Part shown: positions 1 to 12,700 of the stretch, in pieces
How the letters are laid out: each line of letters starts with the position of its first letter
Numbering within the stretch: position 1 is the stretch's first letter
Made by a program: the position numbers and the translations under genes
The notes under the pieces: generated by a model
Told to the model about the DNA's origin: nothing
The model's database searches: none
Seen by the model: only the letters and a program-made list of their open reading frames with translations
DNA from: Nemertoderma westbladi
Taxonomy: Eukaryota > Animalia > Xenacoelomorpha
Direction of reading: 5' to 3'
Assembly: GCA_032718475.1 (NCBI GenBank)
Contig: JAUCBJ010006887.1
Coordinates: 62,001-126,000, forward strand
Length of the DNA: 64,000 nt

Positions 1-757
1 TCCCCCCTCCCCTGGGTATATGTTATAACCTTTGGTGCTGTAGTCATACTGCTGCACTGGTACCGGTATAGGCCTATCAGCTTCTGGCCTACCTACCGGA
101 ATGTATTCCGCGACTTCCGGGTCTAATCCCGTTGTCCGCGCTATCCTATCGCCTACGGTGCTCCTGTCAGCATGGCCTACGGTATGTGCAGTAAGGCCTG
201 CAGTATGTCCTACAGTCTGTATGTGCTCGGAAACGAAGTTTATTCTTCTCGAATAGTCCTCCCCGCGGCTACCGTATTCTCGATCGGTAGGTACATCCCG
301 ACGGAAAGTTTCCCTTCGACCCCCTCTGTTGCTCTCTTCTTCGCGTCGGTACGTCACGTACCTCTCTCTCGGCGCGTAGTGCGCCTCGTCGGGTCGCGTC
401 TCTCCGGGACGACGGCAATCTCCCGTAGTTCGACCCCACCGACTCTCTTCTTCCATCTCAATCACCGACGGCTCACTATCCGTCCTCACTCTTCTATCGT
501 TCGCGGCGATGCTTCTCCTATCATCTTCTCCTCTTCTTCCCTCAGTGCAGTATTCCCGCTCGTGAGATCTCTCGTTGACCTCCCGGTTAAACTCCACTGT
601 TCTTCTTCTCTCTTCTGATCGGGCTTGACACTCCGTCCGCCCTCTCGCGGCGTCAACCTGCATCTCTCTGCTCGATCGCCAGCCGCTGGGGACACTCGCG
701 GTCCCCCTATTACTTTCCGTCGCCGTGTGTTGCGGTTTACCTACTTCGGCCCGCGCA

Positions 758-3163
758 TTATCCGCCGACGCCTGTGGGACACTCTCTGCCCCCCCCCCTC
801 TCGTCACTAACTTCTCGCGGTGGGGTGCTCGTAGCCCCCCCCCACCCGCCACTTCTAACTTCGGTACCTCTTACTACACTCCTGTACCCTTCTTGTGGGG
901 CGCTCTCCGCCCCCCCCTTCTCGCCGCTAATCTCTCGTGGTGGGGCGCTCGGAGCCCCCCCCCACTCGCCACATCTAACTTCACTATTTCCTACCTCGTC
1001 TCTACACTTTTTTCCCGTCGACACAACATTTACATTGGGGCTGGGTCCGCTTACCCCCGCCCCTCTCTCCACTACTACCTGGCCTACCAGGCCTACTTCG
1101 GGTTGTCTCAACCCCGCCGATTCCGGCCTACTAACTACGAGGCCTACCAGGCCCTCACCCGCCGGGCTATGTGCGTTGGACACGTCTACATTAATAATAC
1201 CACTGTGATTATCCTGCGCACCAAAGCTAGAAACAATATGTTGCGTTATAACAGTATTCGGATTATTTTGTAAAATCGAATTCGGGTTATTATTTAAATT
1301 ATTTGGATCATTTTGTGAAATCGAATTCGGATTATTACTTAAATTATTTGGACTATTCTGTATAACTACATCACTAGAATTACTCTGTACGTCAATATTA
1401 GAACCGTTCTGATTTAAAATAATATTATTACTATTAGGTAACGTATTTCCTGCAATAAAAATTTGGTTAGAGTCGTCCAATACAGTATTATTAATATTAG
1501 CGTTATCTACTGTATTAGTGTTATTACCCCCCCCGCTCGTACGATCACACCAGTTTCGTGTCCGTAGTGTGGTCCCTGTCAGTGGAGTATTAATAAACGT
1601 ATCCACGGCCCCCGGCTCCTCTGAAATGTTCGAGCCTGCCCCTCTCTCAGACACTCCTGCCCGCGCCCGTTCCACCTCGCGCGCGTGTACAGCCGTATAC
1701 TCTACGAATTTGTCTCGCTGTTTCTCTAACTCTATTCGGCCACTCTCCACTCTTGTTACTTTCTCCTTTGACTCTCGTTTTTCCTGCTCGATCAATTCCA
1801 GCTCTCTCCTAATCCCCTCTCTTCTTCTCGCCTTACGCTCTTTGCGTTCACTTTCCTCTCTCGCCTCACGTTTCTCGCGTTCACTTTCCTCTCTCGCCTC
1901 TCGTTTCTCGCGTTCCGCCTCGCGTTTCTCCTCGCGTTCCCTTCGTTCCCTTCTCTCTCTCGCCTCGCGTTCCTCGCGTTCTCTCTCGCGTTCCGCCTCG
2001 CGTTTCTCGCGTTCTGCTTCGCGTTTCTCGCGTTCTGCCTCGCGTTCTCTCTCGCGTTCCCTCTCTTCCCTCAACTCTATCTCCTCACACTCCCTAAGGT
2101 TCCTCGCGGCCCTTTCGCCCCTCTCCCTCAACTCTTTAATCGACACCGTTTCCCTCTCTAGCATCACTCTCCCCTCCTCTAGCCGTCTACCTAGTTCTCT
2201 ATTCGCCTCTACCACTACATTGAAACGGTGTCTAGCCTCTATCTCTCTCACCCGTCTTTCTTTTTCGGAGGATGTAACAGACTTATCGGTTGCGACGGAT
2301 TCCCTCCGCCTTCCCGACCCGCTGGCTCTCCCCCCCTTTCCGGAACTCCCTCCGACCGACGAGACCGAACCCGCGGGGTCAACCTCGGGTTCGCCCTCCT
2401 CTGGTCTGTTCCAACCTACTGTCTTTATACCCCGGGCATCGATTAAGTATGGCCCTAAGTACACTACCCTAGGTTCTATACTCCCATATCGCCATGAGTC
2501 ATACAGTTCCTCGGCGACCCAAGTCGCTCTCTCCTCGGCCAATCCTCTCTGCCCGAAGCGCACTAGATAATATAAATGTCTATTCGACTCACCTAGTCCT
2601 AGGTTCAGTTTTACCTCGTCTATCCTCTTCCCTTCTCTGGCCTCCTTTATCAGTCTCCGGGTCGCGTTGTAGGCCCGTCGAAGTCGCTCGGAAACCCCGA
2701 CGTCCTCGTCGCCGACCCCTCGTCCGTCTCTCCGGGTTCGACGTCGTACCGGCGGCCCCACCGTCGCCGTTCCGGTGGGCCGTGCGTCGCCCTCGGCCTG
2801 CGGTTGGCCGGCGACATCGGTGTCGACATCCCCGTCGTCTCTCCGGGTCCGGCGTCGTACCGTCAGCCCCACCGTCGCCGTCTCGGTGGGCCGTTCGTCG
2901 CCCTCGGCCTGTGGCTGGCCCGCGACGTCGGTATCGACATCCCCGCTGTGTGTCGACTCGTCTCTCTCTTCCTTGAGCCCGATCTCTCTATCCTCCGGCT
3001 CGATCTCTGGTTCCAGGCGGTCCCCCTCTACTCGAATCCCCGGTTCGCCCGGTACGGATGGCTCCGGTGTCGTGGGCGTATATCGCCTGGTCGCGGCCTC
3101 GCGGATCGTTAGATCGTCGTCGTCCGGGGTCCGCGTGGGTGTCACTTCACCCGACTCGCTCAT
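758..3163 (-). CDS. gag: Gag N-terminal region of E1 (R/E-rich coiled coil, N-rich tract, internal peptide repeats); reading frame resumes after a G10 run and stays open to position 1
   Basis: 801-aa ORF. Removing one base from the C10 run (789-798) gives ...ERGGAESVPQASADNARAEVG..., matching the upstream repeat EKGGAESAPQ, with no stop before the window edge. Confidence 0.7.
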   Translation of the reverse strand: MSESGEVTPTRTPDDDDLTIREAATRRYTPTTPEPSVPGEPGIRVEGDRLEPEIEPEDREIGLKEERDESTHSGDVDTDVAGQPQAEGDERPTETATVGLTVRRRTRRDDGDVDTDVAGQPQAEGDARPTGTATVGPPVRRRTRRDGRGVGDEDVGVSERLRRAYNATRRLIKEAREGKRIDEVKLNLGLGESNRHLYYLVRFGQRGLAEERATWVAEELYDSWRYGSIEPRVVYLGPYLIDARGIKTVGWNRPEEGEPEVDPAGSVSSVGGSSGKGGRASGSGRRRESVATDKSVTSSEKERRVREIEARHRFNVVVEANRELGRRLEEGRVMLERETVSIKELRERGERAARNLRECEEIELREEREREREREAEREKREAEREKREAEREREREEREARERRERREREEKREAEREKREAREESEREKREAREESERKERKARRREGIRRELELIEQEKRESKEKVTRVESGRIELEKQRDKFVEYTAVHAREVERARAGVSERGAGSNISEEPGAVDTFINTPLTGTTLRTRNWCDRTSGGGNNTNTVDNANINNTVLDDSNQIFIAGNTLPNSNNIILNQNGSNIDVQSNSSDVVIQNSPNNLSNNPNSISQNDPNNLNNNPNSILQNNPNTVITQHIVSSFGAQDNHSGIINVDVSNAHSPAGEGLVGLVVSRPESAGLRQPEVGLVGQVVVERGAGVSGPSPNVNVVSTGKKCRDEVGNSEVRCGEWGGAPSAPPREISGEKGGAESAPQEGYRSVVRGTEVRSGGWGGATSTPPREVSDERGGGRECPTGVGG

Positions 3164-3231
3164 CTTTTGTCTGTTGGTGGCTGGTGGTATCTGAGTCTAT
3201 TAGGCTAGGGCAGCAGTTGTTGTTTAGTTAC

Positions 3232-3768
3232 TGTGACGGGATCATCCGGAGATGAACCCGATTTATCCTGTTTTAGTTCACGCGTCCCCGCCGTGTGAAA
3301 GAGTGTAAGTTGAGGTTACTGTTGTTCGTTATATTGTGATCTTGAGACGCGATATAGATATAGATATAGATTGATGTTATACACTGACGTTCACAGGTTG
3401 ACGGGATGACGGTAACTAAAATCCCGGTAATCTGTAATTGTAACTTACTGTACCACCAGTAACACTGAGATAACTGAGGTAATGTGATTACTGCTTACTG
3501 GTTATATCGCACGGTGGCCTTATTGCTACTCAATCGGTGCCAGCCCCCCTCTGATTGGTTGCTACCCTTGTTGGCGCCCTTTGAGGTGTTCCCGTTCACC
3601 CCAGCTATTCTCTCCCTTGTCAGGATACTAACCCCTGACCCTTATTGTGTGCTTCTCCTTCCCATTCTGTTGGGGAGACACGAGTTGGTTTGGGACCTAA
3701 TCTCGTGTCCCCCAATATTGCTTATTGGCTTAACTTTGTGGAGTATTGGCGGGATTGATTCGCTAACA
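3232..3768 (-). repeat. Putative 5' LTR of E1 (~537 bp)
   Basis: Minus strand begins TGTTAGC at the satellite junction and ends GTCACA. Contains CCAAT (~3554-3558), TATAA (3506-3502) and initiator TCAGTT (A at 3475, 31 nt after TATA). Inner boundary is inferred because the partner LTR is outside the window. Confidence 0.6.
3470..3560 (-). promoter_or_regulatory. Pol II core promoter in the E1 LTR (CCAAT - TATA - Inr)
   Basis: AACCAATCAG, GATATAAC and TCAGTT on the minus strand with canonical TATA-Inr spacing of 31 nt. Confidence 0.5.
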
Positions 3769-6700
3769 GGGCTCCTAAAGTATCCTGCAGATTTTTACAG
3801 TAAGTATCCTGCAGATTTTTACAGTAAGTATCCCGCTGTCGAGCGGGCTCCTAAAGTATCCTGCAGATTTTTACAGTAAGTATCCTGCAGATTTTTACAG
3901 TAAGTATCCCGCTGTCGAGCGGGCTCCTAAAGTATCCTGCAGATTTTTACAGTAAGTATCCTGCAGATTTTTACAGTAAGTATCCCGCTGTCGAGCGGGC
4001 TCCTAAAGTATCCTGCAGATTTTTACAGTAAGTATCCTGCAGATTATTACAGTAAGTATCCCGCTGTCGAGCGGGCTCCTAAAGTATCCTGCAGATTTTT
4101 ACAGTTAGTATCCGCTGTCGAGCGGGCTCCTAAAGTATCCTGCAGATTTTTACAGTAAGTATCCGCTGTCGAGCGGGCTCCTAAAGTATCCTGCAGATTT
4201 TTACAGTAAGTATCCGCTGTCGAGCGGGCTCCTAAAGTATCCTGCAGATTTTTACAGTAAGTATCCGCTGTCGAGCGGGCTCCTAAAGTATCCTGCAGAT
4301 TTTTACAGTAAGTATCCTGCAGATTTTTACAGTAAGTATCCCGCTGTCGAGCGGGGTCCTAAAGTATCCTGCAGATTTTTACAGTAAGTATCCCGCTGTC
4401 GAGCGGGCTCCTAAAGTATCCTGCAGATTTTTACAGTAAGTATCCGCTGTCGAGCGGGCTCCTAAAGTATCCTGCAGATTTTTACAGTAAGTATCCCGCT
4501 GTCGAGCGGGCTCCTAAAGTATCCTGCAGATTTTTACAGTAAGTATCCGCTGTCGAGCGGGCTCCTAAAGTATCCTGCAGATTTTTACAGTAAGTATCCT
4601 GCTGTCGAGCGGGCTCCTAAAGTAACCTGCAGATTTTTACAGTTAGTATCCGCTGTCGAGCGGGCTCCTAAAGTATCCTGCAGATTTTTACAGTAAGTAT
4701 CCCGCTGTCGAGCGGGCTCCTAAAGTATCCTGCAGATTTTTACAGTAAGTATCCGCTGTCGAGCGGGCTCCTAAAGTATCCTGCAGATTTTTACAGTTAG
4801 TATCCGCTGTCGAGCGGGCTCCTAAAGTATCCTGCAGATTTTTACAGTAAGTATCCCGCTGTCGAGCGGGCTCCCAAAGTATCCTGCAGATTTTTACAGT
4901 TAGTATCCGCTGTCGAGCGGGCTCCTAAAGTATCCTGCAGATTTTTACAGTAAGTATCCGCTGTCGAGCGGGCTCCTAAAGTATCCTGCAGATTTTTACA
5001 GTTAGTATCCGCTGTCGAGCGGGCTCCTAAAGTATCCTGCAGATTTTTACAGTAAGTATCCGCTGTCGAGCGGGCTCCTAAAGTATCCTGCAGATTTTTA
5101 CAGTAAGTATCCCGCTGTCGAGCGGGCTCCTAAAGTATCCTGCAGATTTTTACAGTAAGTATCCTGCAGATTTTTACAGTAAATATCCCGCTGTCGAGCG
5201 GGCTCCTAAAGTATCCTGCAGATTTTTACAGTAAGTATCCGCTGTCGAGCGGGCTCCTAAAGTAACCTGCAGATTTTTACAGTAAGTATCCTGCAGATTT
5301 TTACAGTAAGTATCCCGCTGTCGAGCGGGGTCCTAAAGTATCCTGCAGATTTTTACAGTTAGTATCCGCTGTCGAGCGGGCTCCTAAAGTATCCTGCAGA
5401 TTTTTACAGTAAGTATCCTGCAGATTTTTACAGTAAGTATCCCGCTGTCGAGCGGGCTCCTAAAGTATCCTGCAGATTTTTACAGTAAGTATCCGCTGTC
5501 GAGCGGGCTCCTAAAGTAACCTGCAGATTTTTACAGTAAGTATCCGCTGTCGAGCGGGCTCCTAAAGTATCCTGCAGATTTTTACAGTAAGTATCCCGCT
5601 GTCGAGCGGGGTCCTAAAGTATCCTGCAGATTTTTACAGTAAGTATCCCGCTGTCGAGCGGGCTCCTAAAGTAACCTGCAGATTTTTACAGTAAGTATCC
5701 GCTGTCGAGCGGGCTCCTAAAGTATCCTGCAGATTTTTACAGTAAGTATCCCGCTGTCGAGCGGGCTCCTAAAGTATCCTGCAGATTTTTACAGTAAGTA
5801 TCCGCTGTCGAGCGGGCTCCTAAAGTATCCTGCAGATTTTTACAGTAAGTATCCCGCTGTCGAGCGGGCTCCTAAAGTATCCTGCAGATTTTTACAGTAA
5901 GTATCCGCTGTCGAGCGGGCTCCTAAAGTATCCTGCAGATTTTTACAGTAAGTATCCTGCAGATTTTTACAGTAAGTATCCCGCTGTCGAGCGGGCTCCT
6001 AAAGTAACCTGCAGATTTTTACAGTAAGTATCCCGCTGTCGAGCGGGCTCCTAAAGTATCCTGCAGATTTTTACAGTAAGTATCCCGCTGTCGAGCGGGC
6101 TCCTAAAGTAACCTGCAGATTTTTACAGTAAGTATCCCGCTGTCGAGCGGGCTCCTAAAGTATCCTGCAGATTTTTACAGTAAGTATCCCGCTGTCGAGC
6201 GGGCTCCTAAAGTATCCTGCAGATTTTTACAGTAAGTATCCGCTGTCGAGCGGGCTCCTAAAGTATCCTGCAGATTTTTACAGTAAGTATCCGCTGTCGA
6301 GCGGGCTCCTAAAGTATCCTGCAGATTTTTACAGTAAGTATCCTGCAGATTTTTACAGTAAGTATCCGCTGTCGAGCGGGCTCCTAAAGTATCCTGCAGA
6401 TTTTTACAGTAAGTATCCGCTGTCGAGCGGGCTCCTAAAGTATCCTGCAGATTTTTACAGTAAGTATCCCGCTGTCGAGCGGGCTCCTAAAGTAACCTGC
6501 AGATTTTTACAGTAAGTATCCGCTGTCGAGCGGGCTCCTAAAGTATCCTGCAGATTTTTACAGTAAGTATCCCGCTGTCGAGCGGGCTCCTAAAGTATCC
6601 TGCAGATTTTTACAGTAAGTATCCGCTGTCGAGCGGGCTCCTAAAGTATCCTGCAGATTTTTACAGTAAGTATCCTGCAGATTTTTACAGTAAGTATCCG

Positions 6701-9700
6701 CTGTCGAGCGGGCTCCTAAAGTATCCTGCAGATTTTTACAGTAAGTATCCTGCAGATTTTTACAGTAAGTATCCCGCTGTCGAGCGGGCTCCTAAAGTAT
6801 CCTGCAGATTTTTACAGTAAGTATCCCGCTGTCGAGCGGGCTCCTAAAGTATCCTGCAGATTTTTACAGTAAGTATCCGCTGTCGAGCGGGCTCCTAAAG
6901 TATCCTGCAGATTTTTACAGTAAGTATCCCGCTGTCGAGCGGGCTCCTAAAGTATCCTGCAGATTTTTACAGTAAGTATCCTGCAGATTTTTACAGTAAG
7001 TATCCTGCAGATTTTTACAGTAAGTATCCTGCAGATTTTTACAGTAAGTATCCGCTGTCGAGCGGGCTCCTAAAGTATCCTGCAGATTTTTACAGTAAGT
7101 ATCCACTGTCGAGCGGGCTCCTAAAGTATCCTGCAGATTTTTACAGTAAGTATCCGCTGTCGAGCGGGCTCCTAAAGTATCCTGCAGATTTTTACAGTAA
7201 GTAACCCGCTGTCGAGCGGGCTCCTAAAGTATCCTGCAGATTTTTACAGTAAGTATCCTGCAGATTTTTACAGTAAGTATCCGCTGTCGAGCGGGCTCCT
7301 AAAGTATCCTGCAGATTTTTACAGTAAGTATCCGCTGTCGAGCGGGCTCCTAAAGTATCCTGCAGATTTTTACAGTAAGTATCCCGCTGTCGAGCGGGCT
7401 CCTAAAGTAACCTGCAGATTTTTACAGTAAGTATCCGCTGTCGAGCGGGCTCCTAAAGTATCCTGCAGATTTTTACAGTAAGTATCCCGCTTTCGAGCGG
7501 GCTCCTAAAGTATCCTGCAGATTTTTACAGTAAGTATCCGCTGTCGAGCGGGCTCCTAAAGTATCCTGCAGATTTTTACAGTAAGTATCCTGCAGATTTT
7601 TACAGTAAGTATCCGCTGTCGAGCGGGCTCCTAAAGTATCCTGCAGATTTTTACAGTAAGTATCCGCTGTCGAGCGGGCTCCTAAAGTATCCTGCAGATT
7701 TTTACAGTAAGTATCCCGCTGTCGAGCGGGCTCCTAAAGTAACCTGCAGATTTTTACAGTAAGTATCCGCTGTCGAGCGGGCTCCTAAAGTATCCTGCAG
7801 ATTTTTACAGTAAGTATCCGCTGTCGAGCGGGCTCCTAAAGTATCCTGCAGATTTTTACAGTAAGTATCCTGCAGATTTTTACAGTAAGTATCCCGCTGT
7901 CGAGCGGGCTCCTAAAGTATCCTGCAGATTTTTACAGTAAGTATCCTGCAGATTTTTACAGTAAGTATCCCGCTGTCGAGCGGGCTCCTAAAGTATCCTG
8001 CAGATTTTTACAGTAAGTATCCTGCAGATTTTTACAGTAAGTATCCGCTGTCGAGCGGGCTCCTAAAGTATCCTGCAGATTTTTACAGTAAGTATCCCGC
8101 TGTCGAGCGGGCTCCTAAAGTATCCTGCAGATTTTTACAGTAAGTATCCGCTGTCGAGCGGGCTCCTGCGATTTTTACAGTAGATCCTGCAGATTTTTAC
8201 AGTAAGTATCCCGCTGTCGAGCGGGCTCCTAAAGTATCCTGCAGATTTTTACAGTAAGTATCCGCTGTCGAGCGGGCTCCTAAAGTATCCTGCAGATTTT
8301 TACAGTAAGTATCCGCTGTCGAGCGGGCTCCTAAAGTATCCTGCAGATTTTTACAGTAAGTATCCCGCTGTCGAGCGGGCTCCTAAAGTAACCTGCAGAT
8401 TTTTACAGTAAGTATCCGCTGTCGAGCGGGCTCCTAAAGTATCCTGCAGATTTTTACAGTAAGTATCCCGCTGTCGAGCGGGCTCCTAAAGTATCCTGCA
8501 GATTTTTACAGTAAGTATCCGCTGTCGAGCGGGCTCCTAAAGTATCCTGCAGATTTTTACAGTAAGTATCCTGCAGATTTTTACAGTAAGTATCCCGCTG
8601 TCGAGCGGGCTCCTAAAGTATCCTGCAGATTTTTACAGTAAGTATCCCGCTGTCGAGCGGGCTCCTAAAGTAACCTGCAGATTTTTACAGTAAGTATCCG
8701 CTGTCGAGCGGGCTCCTAAAGTATCCTGCAGATTTTTACAGTAAGTATCCCGCTGTCGAGCGGGCTCCTAAAGTATCCTGCAGATTTTTACAGTAAGTAT
8801 CCGCTGTCGAGCGGGCTCCTAAAGTATCCTGCAGATTTTTACAGTAAGTATCCCGCTGTCGAGCGGGCTCCTAAAGTATCCTGCAGATTTTTACAGTAAG
8901 TATCCGCTGTCGAGCGGGCTCCTAAAGTATCCTGCAGATTTTTACAGTAAGTATCCTGCAGATTTTTACAGTAAGTATCCCGCTGTCGAGCGGGCTCCTA
9001 AAGTATCCTGCAGATTTTTACAGTAAGTATCCCGCTGTCGAGCGGGCTCCTAAAGTATCCTGCAGATTTTTACAGTAAGTATCCGCTGTCGAGCGGGCTC
9101 CTAAAGTAACCTGCAGATTTTTACAGTAAGTATCCCGCTGTCGAGCGGGCTCCTAAAGTATCCTGCAGATTTTTACAGTAAGTATCCCGCTGTCGAGCGG
9201 GCTCCTAAAGTATCCTGCAGATTTTTACAGTAAGTATCCCGCTGTCGAGCGGGCTCCTAAAGTATCCTGCAGATTTTTACAGTAAGTATCCCGCTGTCGA
9301 GCGGGCTCCTAAAGTATCCTGCAGATTTTTACAGTAAGTATCCCGCTGTCGAGCGGGCTCCTAAAGTAACCTGCAGATTTTTACAGTAAGTATCCCGCTG
9401 TCGAGCGGGCTCCTAAAGTATCCTGCAGATTTTTACAGTAAGTATCCCGCTGTCGAGCGGGCTCCTAAAGTATCCTGCAGATTTTTACAGTAAGTATCCC
9501 GCTGTCGAGCGGGCTCCTAAAGTATCCTGCAGATTTTTACAGTAAGTATCCTGCTGTCGAGCGGGCTCCTAAAGTATCCTGCAGATTTTTACAGTAAGTA
9601 TCCCGCTGTCGAGCGGGCTCCTAAAGTATCCTGCAGATTTTTACAGTAAGTATCCCGCTGTCGAGCGGGCTCCTAAAGTATCCTGCAGATTTTTACAGTA

Positions 9701-12700
9701 AGTATCCCGCTGTCGAGCGGGCTCCTAAAGTATCCTGCAGATTTTTACAGTAAGTATCCTGCTGTCGAGCGGGCTCCTAAAGTATCCTGCAGATTTTTAC
9801 AGTAAGTATCCCACTGTCGAGCGGGCTCCTAAAGTAACCTGCAGATTTTTACAGTAAGTAACCCGCTGTCGAGCGGGCTCCTAAAGTATCCTGCAGATTT
9901 TTACAGTAAGTATCCCGCTGTCGAGCGGGCTCCTAAAGTATCCTGCAGATTTTTACAGTAAGTATCCCGCTGTCGAGCGGGCTCCTAAAGTAACCTGCAG
10001 ATTTTTACAGTAAGTATCCACTGTCGAGCGGGCTCCTAAAGTATCCTGCAGATTTTTACAGTAAGTATCCCGCTGTCGAGCGGGCTCCTAAAGTAACCTG
10101 CAGATTTTTACAGTAAGTATCCACTGTCGAGCGGGCTCCTAAAGTATCCTGCAGATTTTTACAGTAAGTATCCCGCTGTCGAGCGGGCTCCTAAAGTATC
10201 CTGCAGATTTTTACAGTAAGTATCCACTGTCGAGCGGGCTCCTAAAGTATCCTGCAGATTTTTACAGTAAGTATCCCGCTGTCGAGCGGGCTCCTAAAGT
10301 AACCTGCAGATTTTTACAGTAAGTATCCACTGTCGAGCGGGCTCCTAAAGTATCCTGCAGATTTTTACAGTAAGTATCCCGCTGTCGAGCGGGCTCCTAA
10401 AGTAACCTGCAGATTTTTACAGTAAGTATCCACTGTCGAGCGGGCTCCTAAAGTATCCTGCAGATTTTTACAGTAAGTATCCCGCTGTCGAGCGGGCTCC
10501 TAAAGTATCCTGCAGATTTTTACAGTAAGTATCCCGCTGTCGAGCGGGCTCCTAAAGTATCCTGCAGATTTTTACAGTAAGTATCCCGCTGTCGAGCGGG
10601 CTCCTAAAGTATCCTGCAGATTTTTACAGTAAGTATCCACTGTCGAGCGGGCTCCTAAAGTAACCTGCAGATTTTTACAGTAAGTAACCCGCTGTCGAGC
10701 GGGCTCCTAAAGTATCCTGCAGATTTTTACAGTAAGTATCCCGCTGTCGAGCGGGCTCCTAAAGTAACCTGCAGATTTTTACAGTAAGTATCCTGCAGAT
10801 TTTTACAGTAAGTATCCCGCTGTCGAGCGGGCTCCTAAAGTATCCTGCAGATTTTTACAGTAAGTATCCCGCTGTCGAGCGGGCTCCTAAAGTAACCTGC
10901 AGATTTTTACAGTAAGTATCCACTGTCGAGCGGGCTCCTAAAGTATCCTGCAGATTTTTACAGTAAGTATCCCGCTGTCGAGCGGGCTCCTAAAGTATCC
11001 TGCAGATTTTTACAGTAAGTATCCCGCTGTCGAGCGGGCTCCTAAAGTAACCTGCAGATTTTTACAGTAAGTATCCCGCTGTCGAGCGGGCTCCTAAAGT
11101 ATCCTGCAGATTTTTACAGTAAGTATCCCGCTGTCGAGCGGGCTCCTAAAGTATCCTGCAGATTTTTACAGTAAGTATCCACTGTCGAGCGGGCTCCTAA
11201 AGTAACCTGCAGATTTTTACAGTAAGTATCCTGCAGATTTTTACAGTAAGTAACCTGCAGATTTTTACAGTAAGAATCCTGCAGATTTTTACAGTAAGTA
11301 ACCCGCTGTCGAGCGGGCTCCTAAAGTAACCTGCAGATTTTTACAGTAAGTATCCTGCAGATTTTTACAGTAAGTAACCTGCAGATTTTTACAGTAAGAA
11401 TCCTGCAGATTTTTACAGTAAGTAACCCGCTGTCGAGCGGGTTCCTAAAGTAACCTGCAGATTTTTACAGTAAGTATCCCGCTGTCGAGCGGGCTCCTAA
11501 AGTAACCTGCAGATTTTTACAGTAAGTATCCCGCTGTCGAGCGGGCTCCTAAAGTAACCTGCAGATTTTTACAGTAAGTATCCTGCAGATTTTTACAGTA
11601 AGTATCCCGCTGTCGAGCGGGCTTCTAAAGTATCCTGCAGATTTTTACAGTAAGTATCCCGCTGTCGAGCGGGCTCCTAAAGTATCCTGCAGATTTTTAC
11701 AGTAAGTAACCTGCAGATTTTTACAGTAAGTAACCTGCAGATTTTTACAGTAAGTATCCCGCTGTCGAGCGGGCTCCTAAAGTATCCTGCAGATTTTTAC
11801 AGTAAGTATCCCGCTGTCGAGCGGGCTCCTAAAGTATCCTGCAGATTTTTACAGTAAGTATCCGCTGTCGAGCGGGCTCCTAAAGTAACCTGCAGATTTT
11901 TACAGTAAGTATCCACTGTCGAGCGGGCTCCTAAAGTATCCTGCAGATTTTTACAGTAAGTATCCACTGTCGAGCGGGCTCCTAAAGTATCCTGCAGATT
12001 TTTACAGTAAGTATCCCGCTGTCGAGCGGGCTCCTAAAGTATCCTGCAGATTTTTACAGTAAGTATCTTGCAGATTTTTACAGTAAGTATCCCGCTGTCG
12101 AGCGGGCTCCTAAAGTAACCTGCAGATTTTTACAGTAAGTATCCCGCTGTCGAGCGGGCTCCTAAAGTAACCTGCAGATTTTTACAGTAAGTATCCACTG
12201 TCGAGCGGGCTCCTAAAGTATCCTGCAGATTTTTACAGTAAGTATCCCGCTGTCGAGCGGGCTCCTAAAGTATCCTGCAGATTTTTACAGTAAGTATCCA
12301 CTGTCGAGCGGGCTCCTAAAGTATCCTGCAGATTTTTACAGTAAGTATCCCGCTGTCGAGCGGGCTCCTAAAGTATCCTGCAGATTTTTACAGTAAGTAT
12401 CCCGCTGTCGAGCGGGCTCCTAAAGTAACCTGCAGATTTTTACAGTAAGTATCCACTGTCGAGCGGGCTCCTAAAGTATCCTGCAGATTTTTACAGTAAG
12501 TATCCCGCTGTCGAGCGGGCTCCTAAAGTAACCTGCAGATTTTTACAGTAAGTATCCACTGTCGAGCGGGCTCCTAAAGTATCCTGCAGATTTTTACAGT
12601 AAGTATCCCGCTGTCGAGCGGGCTCCTAAAGTATCCTGCAGATTTTTACAGTAAGTATCCACTGTCGAGCGGGCTCCTAAAGTAACCTGCAGATTTTTAC

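Larger units (their letters stand above)
1..3768 (-). mobile_element. BEL/Pao-like LTR retrotransposon E1, 5' part only (5' LTR + N-terminal gag); continues beyond the window start
   Basis: LTR-like block with TGT...ACA termini (3232-3768) abutting the satellite, followed by a long low-complexity ORF. Its EVDPAGSVSSV motif plus coiled coil parallels DEIQPGDSASQ plus coiled coil in E3 gag. No catalytic domains in the window, so the family call is by analogy. Confidence 0.65.

Noticed and set aside
172-3255. Plus-strand ORFs over E1 (e.g. the 350-aa S/R-rich ORF), and similar antisense ORFs over E3 and the LRMP-like gene
   Set aside because: Antisense shadows of GC-rich or low-complexity coding sequence with no recognisable motifs.
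8161-8190. Locally corrupted satellite units (ggctcctgcgatttttacagtagatcc)
   Set aside because: A cluster of small deletions in one spot is most consistent with a consensus error.
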